From Paramicrosporidium saccamoebae KSL3 (taxonomy: Eukaryota > Fungi > Cryptomycota): 16,392 bases of DNA. Below are positions 1 through 7,788 of this stretch, piece by piece (positions within the stretch are counted from its first letter, which is position 1; each line of letters begins with the position of its first letter). Both the position numbers and the translations under genes were made by a program. The notes beneath the pieces were generated by a model. It did no database searches. It had not been told where the DNA came from and saw only the letters and a program-made list of their open reading frames with translations. Location of the stretch: assembly GCA_002794465.1 (NCBI GenBank), contig MTSL01000055.1:1-16392 (forward strand), given 5' to 3'.

Positions 1-97
1 AATGCACCATCACTATATGAATAAGAGCACAATGATAATATTATGTCATTTGATTATGGTCCTGTAAAGTAGAGACGGTGGCAACTACCCTTGCGGG

Positions 98-837
98 ATG
101 GCCAAAGCGCAAGCGACGGGAGAGGCGCAATGGATCCTGTCAGCGGACGAATACTCCTCCCTTGCCGCTTTTAAGCGCAGCACTGATGAGGAGGAGACGA
201 CACAACGCTACAAGGCCACTGGTCTTGTGCAATCCCTCGGCATGCGGCTCAAGCTGCCGCAAACGACAATTGCCACTGCGCAGGTATTTTTGCATCGATT
301 CTACATCCGAGAGACTTTCAAAGCATTTCCATCCGCCGAACTGGCGCCGGCAGTTGTCTTTCTGGCTTCCAAGGTGGAGGAGCATCCTCGAAAGCTCAAG
401 GACGTCCTCCATGACTCGCCCCTCTCTCCCGAGCGCGTCCTCCAACTCGAGAAAATCATATTACAGACAGTATGTTTTGACCTGACAGTGACTCATCCGT
501 ACCGGTTCGTATTCCGCATCGTCAAGGGGTTGCGGGATGTGCCTGACGAGCTGGTGCAGAGTGCGTGGATTGTAGTCAACGATAGCTATAGGACAACGCT
601 GTGCATTAGGGTTCCGTCAAAGTCGGTAGCTGCAGGGGCGTTTTGTTATGCGGCAGAGAAGAAGGGACTGGATGTGGCCTCGTTGGCTGCCGATGCGGTC
701 ACTGATCAGTTGATTTTGGACTGTCCCAGAGCGGAAGTGCAAGGTAGCTGACTTTTAGTTGCTGACTGTGTTTAGATGTGTTAGATACCATGACTGATTT
801 GTATAATGGTAAAAAGGATCCTGTAGAGACTGTTTAA
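98..837 (+). CDS. Cyclin of the transcriptional-CDK class (cyclin K/T/L-like); join(98..743,776..837), 235 aa
   Basis: Cyclin-box motifs LKLPQTTIATAQVFLHRFY, LASKVEEHPRKLKDV, LEKIILQTVCFDLTVTHPY and SAWIVVNDSYRTTLC. The track ORF stops at 751. Removing a 32-nt intron (744-775, GTAGCT...GCTGAC...TTTAG) restores a cyclin-like last helix EVQDVLDTMTDLY ending at TAA 835-837. Confidence 0.88.
744..775 (+). other. Spliceosomal micro-intron, 32 nt (cyclin)
   Basis: GTA donor, CTGAC branch-like motif with its A at -11, TTTAG acceptor; splicing extends the protein with a plausible terminal helix. Confidence 0.7.
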
Positions 838-2378
838 TCTGCGGGTCGCTTTGTAGTTACAGTTGTAGCCGCAGTAAATAGAGCTAACACTTGTTCCTTG
901 ACCTTTGAATGATCAACAATCGGACGGGGATATTTGAGCTGGTCAAAGCCCTTACATCGCTTGAAGGGATCGTGTATGGAGGGGGCGGACACTTTGGACA
1001 GCTCATCCACATAGCGTCGGATATAGTCGCCGCTGGGATCAAATTTCTCGCTCTGCAGTAAGGGATTGAAGATTCGAAAGTAAGGCTGCGCATCGGTACC
1101 CGTTGATGCGGACCATTGCCATCCTCCATTGTTCGAGGAGAAATCATAGTCCACCAAAAATTGATTAAAGTGTTGTTCGCCGCGTCGCCAATGGATACGC
1201 AAATCCTTAGTAAGGAACATGGCAACCACCATCCGCAAACGATTGCACAGCCAGCCTTCTCGACGGAGTTGTCGCATCGCAGCATCCACTATCGGATAGC
1301 CGGTTCTGCCCTCACACCAGGCCTGGAAATGCTCTTCTGCGGCAGGCTCAATGTTCGGGGGCCAGCCTCGCCAGGAGAGATGTTCAAACTCGGGACGGAA
1401 GGAGGCCCCGCGTCCAACATGTGGAAAATGGAACAACACATGACGGTAGAAATCACGCCAACACAGCTCACTCATCCAGGTCAAAAGCCCGGGTGAACCA
1501 CTATTTAGTGCCCCCTTGTTTGCAATACGTGCTGCCAGTAAACACTCGGTGAGAGAGATTGCTCCTACAGCCAGTGGTGCTGACAGCTTACTAGCCCCAC
1601 CCTCCATAAAATGATTGCGGTCTTCGTGGTAGCCAGACACGGATTTTTGAAGAAATTCATGCAAGCGCTTCCTTGCCTCAGTCTCGCCAGCGGGAAATGT
1701 CGTATGCAACGCATTAAGATCCCAATTGGGATATTCATGCATATCATAACCCAAATCCAATTCAATGTCGGGCAGAATAGTGCTGGACTTTTCTATTTCC
1801 GTTGGTTCACTGTCAATCATATCCAAACCATGCTCTTCGATATATCGAATCCAAGTCTTTTTGAATTGCGAAAAGACTTTATACGGCGTCCCCGATTGCG
1901 TCAATACCTTTCCCACCGGCACTACACATTGGTCGTGGGTCGTATGATGCAGTATGCCTGCTGTATCCAGCGCCGACGCGACTGCTGCATCTCGCTCAAG
2001 CGCAACGCCGTCGTATTCCGCATTCATGTACACTGCCGAACAGTTTTGGGACTTGCACAGTTGGACAATCTCCGAGGCCAATGCCTTGTAGTATTCGGTG
2101 GCATTTTTGGCCGTTGGCGTATGCAGGAGCATTTCAATCCCCCGCTTGGAAAGCTCCCTTCTCAACACACTGACGGTGCGCACATAATACGACGCCTTTG
2201 GCAGTCCCCAGTTATGGATGCTACGCCACTCGAGTGGTGACGTGACAAGCAACGCATACACACGCCCACCGTGCGTGGCCGAATACTGGCTGGCTGCAAG
2301 CAAGGCCGGGTTATGGGTAACTCGGAGGTCATTTCTAAACCAGACGAAAGCATTCTCCACTGCCGCCACCTTCACCAT
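834..2378 (-). CDS. PHR1: Class I CPD DNA photolyase (PhrB/Phr1 type), 514 aa
   Basis: WFRNDLR at the N-terminus; WMSELCWRDFY; FQAWCEGRTGYPIVDAAMRQL; NRLRM; DYDFSSNNGGWQWSASTGTDAQPYFRIFNP; QSEKFDP. Equivalents of the E. coli Trp triad (W306/W359/W382) and flavin-proximal N378 are present. Confidence 0.96.
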   Translation of the reverse strand: MVKVAAVENAFVWFRNDLRVTHNPALLAASQYSATHGGRVYALLVTSPLEWRSIHNWGLPKASYYVRTVSVLRRELSKRGIEMLLHTPTAKNATEYYKALASEIVQLCKSQNCSAVYMNAEYDGVALERDAAVASALDTAGILHHTTHDQCVVPVGKVLTQSGTPYKVFSQFKKTWIRYIEEHGLDMIDSEPTEIEKSSTILPDIELDLGYDMHEYPNWDLNALHTTFPAGETEARKRLHEFLQKSVSGYHEDRNHFMEGGASKLSAPLAVGAISLTECLLAARIANKGALNSGSPGLLTWMSELCWRDFYRHVLFHFPHVGRGASFRPEFEHLSWRGWPPNIEPAAEEHFQAWCEGRTGYPIVDAAMRQLRREGWLCNRLRMVVAMFLTKDLRIHWRRGEQHFNQFLVDYDFSSNNGGWQWSASTGTDAQPYFRIFNPLLQSEKFDPSGDYIRRYVDELSKVSAPSIHDPFKRCKGFDQLKYPRPIVDHSKVKEQVLALFTAATTVTTKRPAD

Positions 2379-2405
2379 GGCTATTCGCTACTCCGCCGTG
2401 GGCTT

Positions 2406-2414
2406 TCATTGGCC
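2406..2414 (-). promoter_or_regulatory. CCAAT box (NF-Y/HAP-type) upstream of photolyase
   Basis: GGCCAATGA on the minus strand fits RRCCAATSR, about 28 bp upstream of ATG 2378 in a 61-bp spacer. Confidence 0.4.
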
Positions 2415-2439
2415 AGCACGGCTCTAAGATACTTTGTGT

Positions 2440-4104
2440 TTATTGCACAGGGCACGGCACTGTCAAGATGGGCATCCCATCACTAGCAATGCGTCTCAAA
2501 CGTTCCAAAAATGCACTGTGCTGTTCTCGTGGGATGGCACGCCATTCTACTGGTGTATCCTCTGCAGAGGGATCCCAGATCTTAATATCATTGTCAATCC
2601 CACCAATGGCAAAGACGGGCATCCTGGGATTCTCGGCAATGACATTGACTACTTGCGAGTCGCTAGCTCCGATAAAAAGCGGCCTCTCCTCCTGACGATT
2701 CCAGATGAAAAAATAGCCGCCATCACTCCCAGAGGCAATGTACTCATCGTGGGAACCGACAAAGCACACGTCCTTGACAGTGTGACTATTGACATGGCCC
2801 TTGAAGATTTGTTGGGAATGTGTGCAGACTTGTCGCTGCTCTTTCAGTCGCGTCCATGCCTCGAGAGTGGTGGGATCGATAATGTCATGCGTGTTGACGA
2901 CATCTGGCGAGGGCGCATCACCAAAATGAATTGCTTCCAAGAAGGATTTGAAGCGTTCCTTTCTGTCTTCGTCCTCAGCCTCTGTCGACTGCATGTACAG
3001 AATTAGATAGGCAAGCCGAAGAAGGCGGGGATCCAGAGTACCGCCCTCAACCAGGAAAAATGCATCCGCCTCGGCTTGTTCTAGCTGATCAATCTTGACG
3101 GCACAGAGCATCCGATTGTATATTTCACAGGCAAGAACCTCGGAGAGATCGCCAATAAGTGAATACTGCAAAGACCGATGGCGCGTGATTAGCTGGGATA
3201 GGGCATAGAAGTAGTCCTCGTAGTCGCCTCTTGACCATTTCCTTGCCAGCTCCTCATGAGCGAGGGCCTCTCTCTCTACAAAATTGCTATATGTAGCGGG
3301 TGTCGTTTGGAAAGTATCAAAGTTGAGCAGATGAATGTGGTCGTTAATTAGACTTGCAATCAGATCCATCGAATGACTGCTGAACTGGACTGCCGTGACC
3401 ATGTCCAGATTCCGCTGCACCGGCATCCACACTAATCCGCGCTCCTTTGTTGTCTCTTCTGGCTTCCTCCGGTCAATGAATCGGATCACGGGGCCAGTGC
3501 CAGCTGCAGCGATTAGGAAGGGCCGTAAGGGCGACAGACTGAGTGAATTGAGTGAGATTCCCTCATTCGACCAATCTGCCAAACAATTGTTGCCCTGTTC
3601 TGGAACACGGAGATCAAACTCCCTCACTGTTCCATCCTCAGAGGCCGTCATGAATATTTGGGGATTCAGAGGCTCTGTTGTAATACGTTTGACGCGGTCG
3701 TGATGATTATTCCAGGTGCGTACAACCATCGCCCTCCCGTCATCCTTGACCTGTACAAACTTGACTAATGCATCCCCCGCCACTGTAATAATTTTATCAT
3801 CCGTAGTGGGCAAATATGCGACACTGAAAATGTTTTGTGTGTGGCCAGTGGGCAGGGTGGTTCGGAGAGTGCGGTTGGGAAAGGACCAGAGACAGAGGTT
3901 CCTGTCATCTGAGCCGCTGGCCAACATCTGTCCGTCACCCGACCAGTCCAATGCGTTGACACAGCCCGTGTGGCCCCCCAAGACACCGGTGCAGCGCAGG
4001 GACGAGTACAAGGCGTCGCTGTTGATCGAGTCGGCCCAGTTGAAATTGTTCAGTTCCAGGTCATTGATGACGTCAAAGTAGCTGCGTCGGTGGTGGCCAC
4101 TCAT
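2440..4104 (-). CDS. WD40-repeat DDB1-CUL4-associated factor, WDTC1/DCAF6/DCAF8-like, with a central TPR-like helical insert, 554 aa
   Basis: GHTGCVNALDWSGDGQMLASGSDDRNLCLW; GHTQNIFSV; HDRVKRI; TASEDGTVREFDLR (WDxR-like); C-terminal GHVNSHTVKDVCF...YIASGSDGGYFFIW and VVNVIAENP...AIGGIDNDIKIWDP, typical of this DCAF group. Confidence 0.85.
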   Translation of the reverse strand: MSGHHRRSYFDVINDLELNNFNWADSINSDALYSSLRCTGVLGGHTGCVNALDWSGDGQMLASGSDDRNLCLWSFPNRTLRTTLPTGHTQNIFSVAYLPTTDDKIITVAGDALVKFVQVKDDGRAMVVRTWNNHHDRVKRITTEPLNPQIFMTASEDGTVREFDLRVPEQGNNCLADWSNEGISLNSLSLSPLRPFLIAAAGTGPVIRFIDRRKPEETTKERGLVWMPVQRNLDMVTAVQFSSHSMDLIASLINDHIHLLNFDTFQTTPATYSNFVEREALAHEELARKWSRGDYEDYFYALSQLITRHRSLQYSLIGDLSEVLACEIYNRMLCAVKIDQLEQAEADAFFLVEGGTLDPRLLRLAYLILYMQSTEAEDEDRKERFKSFLEAIHFGDAPSPDVVNTHDIIDPTTLEAWTRLKEQRQVCTHSQQIFKGHVNSHTVKDVCFVGSHDEYIASGSDGGYFFIWNRQEERPLFIGASDSQVVNVIAENPRMPVFAIGGIDNDIKIWDPSAEDTPVEWRAIPREQHSAFLERLRRIASDGMPILTVPCPVQ

Positions 4105-4157
4105 CGCATTAAAGTTAAGAGCATGAATTTAGCACCTGATTGGTTGCCAGACAATCA
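4105..4157. promoter_or_regulatory. 53-bp bidirectional promoter region between the divergent DCAF and PDH-beta genes
   Basis: ATGs at 4104 (-) and 4158 (+); contains AACCAATCA on the minus strand (4137-4145) and ATTTAGCAC (4127-4135). Confidence 0.6.
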
Positions 4158-5260
4158 ATGCTTCTATGCCGAGGTCGCGATAGTGCAAGGACGGTACTGC
4201 GGGGATTTGCCACAGCAGCCGCCAAAGTCAGTCAGGTACTCCAAGTCCCCCAGACGGTCATATGTGTTAGTTGACGGTGCGCGATGCACTCAACCAGGCA
4301 ATGGACGAGGAAATGGCCCGCGACGACCGGGTTTTTCTAATTGGCGAAGAGGTGGCCCTCTACAACGGCGCCTACAAGGTCAGTAAGGGGCTTTTGGACA
4401 AATACGGCGAACGGCGGGTGGTGGACATGCCCATTACCGAGGGCGGCTTCACGGGTCTAGCGGTTGGCGCTGCCATGGCGGGTCTCAAACCGATCTGTGA
4501 ATTCATGACCTTTAACTTTTCCATGCAAGCCATTGACCAAGTGGTCAACTCGGCAGCCAAGACGCTGTATATGAGTGGAGGAAAAGTGCCGGTAGGGATT
4601 GTGTTTCGGGGGCCGAACGGGGCGGCCGCAGGAGTTGCAGCACAGCATTCGCAGTGTTTTGCCGCATGGTACGGGAGCGTTCCCGGACTAAAGGTGGTCT
4701 CTCCCTACTCGGCAGCCGATGCCAAGGGTCTTCTAAAGGCGGCCATCCGCGATCCTAATCCGGTAGTGTTTCTGGAGAATGAGATTTTGTATGGCCAGAC
4801 ATTTGATGTAGACGAAAAGGTCCTATCCCCCGACTTTGTCCTTCCCATAGGAAAGGCGCAGATTGAGCGGGCAGGAGAAAATGTGACCATTGTAGCCCAT
4901 TCCCGCTCGGTACAATTCTCCCTTGAAGCAGCGCAGATCCTCCAGGACGAACATGGCATTTCGACCGAAGTGATCAATCTGCGCACAATCCGACCATTGG
5001 ATATGGAAACGATTGTGGCGAGTGTGAAAAAGACCAACCGACTGGTCACGGTGGAGGCGGGCTGGCCCATGTTCGGGGTGGGAGCTGAAATTGTTGCGCA
5101 AATCAGTGAATCAGATGCCTTTGACCATTTAGATGCACCAGTGGTGCGCATAACAGGCGCTGATGTACCGATGCCATACGCCAAGAATTTGGAAGATTTG
5201 GCTTTGCCCAAGACGGACAATATTGTCCGCGCTGTCCTAAAGTCAGTTGGCCGCACGTAG
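4158..5260 (+). CDS. PDB1: Mitochondrial pyruvate dehydrogenase E1 beta subunit; join(4158..4235,4271..5260), 355 aa
   Basis: [74 protein letters not shown]. The track's TTG start at 4271 follows a TAG acceptor. Upstream exon [26 protein letters not shown] joins in frame and resembles a presequence. Confidence 0.96.
4236..4270 (+). other. Spliceosomal micro-intron, 35 nt (PDH beta)
   Basis: GTACTC...GTCAT...GTTAG gives an in-frame join. An alternative in-frame donor GTCAGT at 4227 (44 nt) is possible but does not fit the GTA consensus seen elsewhere. Confidence 0.8.
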
Positions 5261-5279
5261 TTGATAAAGTAACTGTATT

Positions 5280-6587
5280 CTATAACGCTGTCTTTTGTTC
5301 CTCCTGGGACGAAGATCGCGATCTCGTGGTGGTCTGATTCGATGATGAGACCAGCAATAATCGCTCCAGCACTTGATTCTGTCGCTGCAACTCTTGCAAA
5401 ATGCCCAAAATGACCTCGCCATGTTCGCCAACCGAGGAGGAGGGCGCCTCTTCGGGCAGGAGAGTGGTGCTGAGTCCAACCAGGAAATGCTCCTCTCGGG
5501 CAGGAGGCGAGGCTGAATGGGGGAGGGTGGGCGTGGACAGGATGGGAGCCACTGCCAGAGAGGGACGACGGGGTTGTGAGGAGCGCAGCCAAGCCCAGCT
5601 TTCAGCAAAATTGCGGCCAATCACAATGGAAGGCAAGGCGATTATGAGGAGAGAGAACATCATCAACGGGAGGGTGATGAACTTTCCCAAAACCGTCTTG
5701 GGATGGATGTCGCCGAGACCAACAGTGGTAATGATTTCGGCAACAAACCAGAAGGAGGCGGGGATGCTGGAAAACTGACTGGGCGAGCCATCAATGCCCA
5801 CAAAGTAGCGTTTCTGTGCATCCCACACCCCACGTTCTGCAAAATATAACAATGTGGAAAAGGCCACCATGATAAAAACGAGAAAAACCACCAACGCCAC
5901 CAACGCATCCGTACTCTTCTTGATGGCCAACACTAACGCATCAATGGACAGCTGCAACAACGACGAAAAGGTGTAGCATCGGAACAGTCGTAACAGGCGG
6001 AAGAGACGCAGAACTGTAAAGCGTTGCATATCGGCCCAGGTGTCGCCATACATTCCGAGACTGAGATAGTAGGGAACAATGGCAAACAAATCCGTGATCG
6101 TGTAGAAAGAGATGAAGAAGCGCACAAACTGGGGCCATGTCGTGGAATGTGCATAGCAGCGCACTAGAAACTCGACGGTGAAGATGGAAACGACGGCCGT
6201 CTCAAAGATGAACCACAGACCGGCCTGACTCCTGTAGTATGTCGGCACTGTTTCAATGATGGCGGCTACCGAGCTCACACTGATGGCCAACGCGATGAAG
6301 ATGGCGGCCCAGAAAGCCTACATATATATGAGCAGCAGGACGACTGTACCAGACGAGATGAACTGGGCTCATCCAATAACAGACGTAGTCGCTCTTTCCG
6401 CGAATGGCCATATCCCTACACGTCAAACCCCCTTCCAACGTACCTGTAGAGAAAGACGGTCCAAGTGAGTGGAGGAGGCCGTCTCCAGTCCATTTTCGCT
6501 GTTCATCGCCGGCTTGAACAGTCCCTCACCACTGCCGTTGACTGCCACTGCGAAAACGTCCCCCGCTGTTCTCGTCCCACCCGACAT
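5280..6587 (-). CDS. Six-transmembrane voltage-gated potassium channel (Kv-like, no T1 domain); join(complement 6444..6587, 6350..6415, 5280..6317), 415 aa
   Basis: After two introns: RLRLLLDEPSSSRLAFWAAIFIALAISVSS (pre-S1/S1), FTVEFLVR (S2), TITDLFAIVPYY (S3), VLRLFRLLRLFR (S4), FSSIPASFWFVAEIITTVGLGDIHPKT (pore), IIALPSIVIGRNF (S6), and a C-terminal coiled-coil-like segment. Confidence 0.92.
6318..6349 (-). other. Spliceosomal micro-intron, 32 nt (Kv intron 2)
   Basis: GTACAG...CTCAT...TGTAG; the join restores the Kv pre-S1 motif LLLDEPSSS. Confidence 0.85.
6416..6443 (-). other. Spliceosomal micro-intron, 28 nt (Kv intron 1)
   Basis: GTACGT...TTGAC...TGTAG; in-frame join to an ATG-initiated 48-codon first exon. 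Confidence 0.75.
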
Positions 6588-6597
6588 ACGACCCCGT

Positions 6598-6606
6598 CGA
6601 TTGGTC
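6598..6606 (-). promoter_or_regulatory. CCAAT box upstream of the Kv gene
   Basis: GACCAATCG on the minus strand fits RRCCAATSR in a 40-bp spacer, but lies only about 10 bp from the inferred ATG. Confidence 0.3.
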
Positions 6607-6627
6607 AGTCAACCCATTATAGAATGT

Positions 6628-6933
6628 TTATTCGGGAGCCACGGGGGTCAAATGCACCTTACTCTTGTTGATGACAATGAACTGGGCAGCACCCTCCAGT
6701 ACTGCATAGCCAATAGGACCCTCTTCGCATTCTGAGCAGCAGAGGAACCGCAGATTGGCCATATCAGATACTTCTGTGGTGGGTTTGGAAAAAGCTACGT
6801 TATCAAAGTCAAAGACGTCAGAAACGCTCCAGCCCTCGCTAAACTCGAGTCGTTCCACTGTCGACCATCCGTTAATGGCTCTAAGCTTGTCCGTTCCTAT
6901 CAACCGGCTCCCACACGGACATTGTAACGACAT
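6628..6933 (-). CDS. RABIF: MSS4/RABIF/Dss4 Rab guanine-nucleotide exchange chaperone (Zn-binding), 101 aa
   Basis: CPCGSRLI, W-x-V-x-DVFDFDNVAFSK and FLCCSECEEGPIG match the MSS4 family, including both Zn-binding cysteine pairs. Confidence 0.9.
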   Translation of the reverse strand: MSLQCPCGSRLIGTDKLRAINGWSTVERLEFSEGWSVSDVFDFDNVAFSKPTTEVSDMANLRFLCCSECEEGPIGYAVLEGAAQFIVINKSKVHLTPVAPE

Positions 6934-6975
6934 GGGCGATTATGAGAGTGTATCGTAACCATGAGCCAGGGATAA

Positions 6976-7092
6976 GAGTAAAGAGATGAGGGCAAGAGAG
7001 TGCAATAATGGGAGTGTACTATAGCGAGAGTGTAAGAGTGCGAGAGAGCGAGAGCGATAGTGAGAGTGTAATATAGCGAGCATGTGAGAGCG
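6976..7092. repeat. Degenerate purine-rich tandem repeat, roughly (GYGAGA)n with GAGTGTA-TATAGCGAG duplicated
   Basis: gcgagagtgtaagagtgcgagagagcgagagcgatagtgagagtgtaatatagcgag; bracketed by a 9-bp direct repeat CAGGGATAA at 6967-6975 and 7112-7120. Confidence 0.7.
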
Positions 7093-7213
7093 GATTGTAC
7101 CATCTATTAATCAGGGATAAAGTTTCCTTATTATCAATGCAAGTCTCATAGCCTCGTATGATCAGAAATGCCACAATCTTGATTGTTTACTGGTTTATAT
7201 GTTACAGCGCTGT

Positions 7214-7675
7214 TTACCATCTCCGGGTCTGGCTCACACCCGTTGCCCTTCGTACTTCATTCTAAAGATCACAACACTATCTATCCTAATACCTTGACAC
7301 GCTCTTCTAGCAATGACAGATCGCCAATTAGTTGGTCGACACCCGACTGGAGCGCCTCGACGGGCGTTGTCGTTCGGTCGGTTTGCACCTTGAGCTGGAA
7401 GGCATGTTCCAGAGGATGTGGCACTTTGTATCCTGCAAAAATTACACGGTCCTGGTTTTGGAGCTGGCTACACAAAGGTTATTATGGAATGTGGCAGTAC
7501 CAGGCCAGCACGTTGCCCAAGGTGTGGTCCTCCTTCTGGACGGTAAATGTCGCTGCATTGGGTATCTTTGTGTCTGGTGTCACTGTGACTCTACTACATA
7601 AGACCAATGTGGTCGATAATACTTTTTCACACCCTCAGGGAGCACAAAGAGCTCAAAACGGTCCGGTGCATTCAT
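7214..7675 (-). CDS. RPB11: RNA polymerase II subunit RPB11; join(complement 7623..7675, 7501..7590, 7293..7467, 7214..7261), 121 aa
   Basis: Spliced product [69 protein letters not shown]...LSLLEERVKNEVRRATGVSQTRRW carries the EDHTLGN and [12 protein letters not shown] signatures. Confidence 0.96.
7262..7292 (-). other. Spliceosomal micro-intron, 31 nt (RPB11 intron 3)
   Basis: GTATTA...GTGAT...TTTAG; unspliced reading stops after ERVKVLG. Confidence 0.75.
7468..7500 (-). other. Spliceosomal micro-intron, 33 nt (RPB11 intron 2)
   Basis: GTACTG...ATAAC...TGTAG; contains an in-frame TAA if retained. Confidence 0.92.
7591..7622 (-). other. Spliceosomal micro-intron, 32 nt (RPB11 intron 1), TAGTAG acceptor
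   Basis: GTATTA...CTTAT-GTAGTAG; the distal AG restores the conserved KK-V-T-V. Confidence 0.9.
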
Positions 7676-7698
7676 GACGACACTTGCAAGGGTTGTCT

Positions 7699-7788
7699 CA
7701 ATAATAAAGGATACCATTATAAAGGATTTTACTATAGAGGATTCTACTATAGAGGATTCCATTATAAAGGATTCTATTGTGATGAACA
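7699..7788. repeat. 15-bp tandem repeat, 5 good copies plus one degenerate
   Basis: caataataaaggata / ccattataaaggatt / ttactatagaggatt / ctactatagaggatt / ccattataaaggatt / ctattgtgatgaaca. Confidence 0.9.

Noticed and set aside
1611-2240. 209-aa plus-strand ORF and other ORFs antisense to photolyase or the DCAF gene (1116-1496, 2434-3006, 3395-4081)
   Set aside because: Antisense shadows of well-supported genes with no recognisable motifs.
4271-4273. TTG start for PDH beta in the ORF track; likewise TTG 6290 (Kv) and GTG 11426 (UTP4)
   Set aside because: Eukaryotic gene structure: upstream ATG exons or a nearby ATG explain each.
4705-5592. 295-aa minus-strand ORF crossing the PDH-beta/Kv junction
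   Set aside because: Alternative frame of the Kv tail plus the antisense of PDH beta; no domain features.
6900-6962. Out-of-frame ATG 29 nt upstream of MSS4 (MVTIHSHNRP), which a 1-nt frameshift would fuse to MSS4
   Set aside because: MSS4 has its own ATG with both Zn-binding Cys pairs downstream. No acceptor AG is nearby and the resemblance to the RABIF N-terminus is weak; raw reads would be needed to claim an indel.
6900-7103. 67-aa hydrophobic ORF over the GA-rich repeat
   Set aside because: Its composition is a by-product of the repeat.
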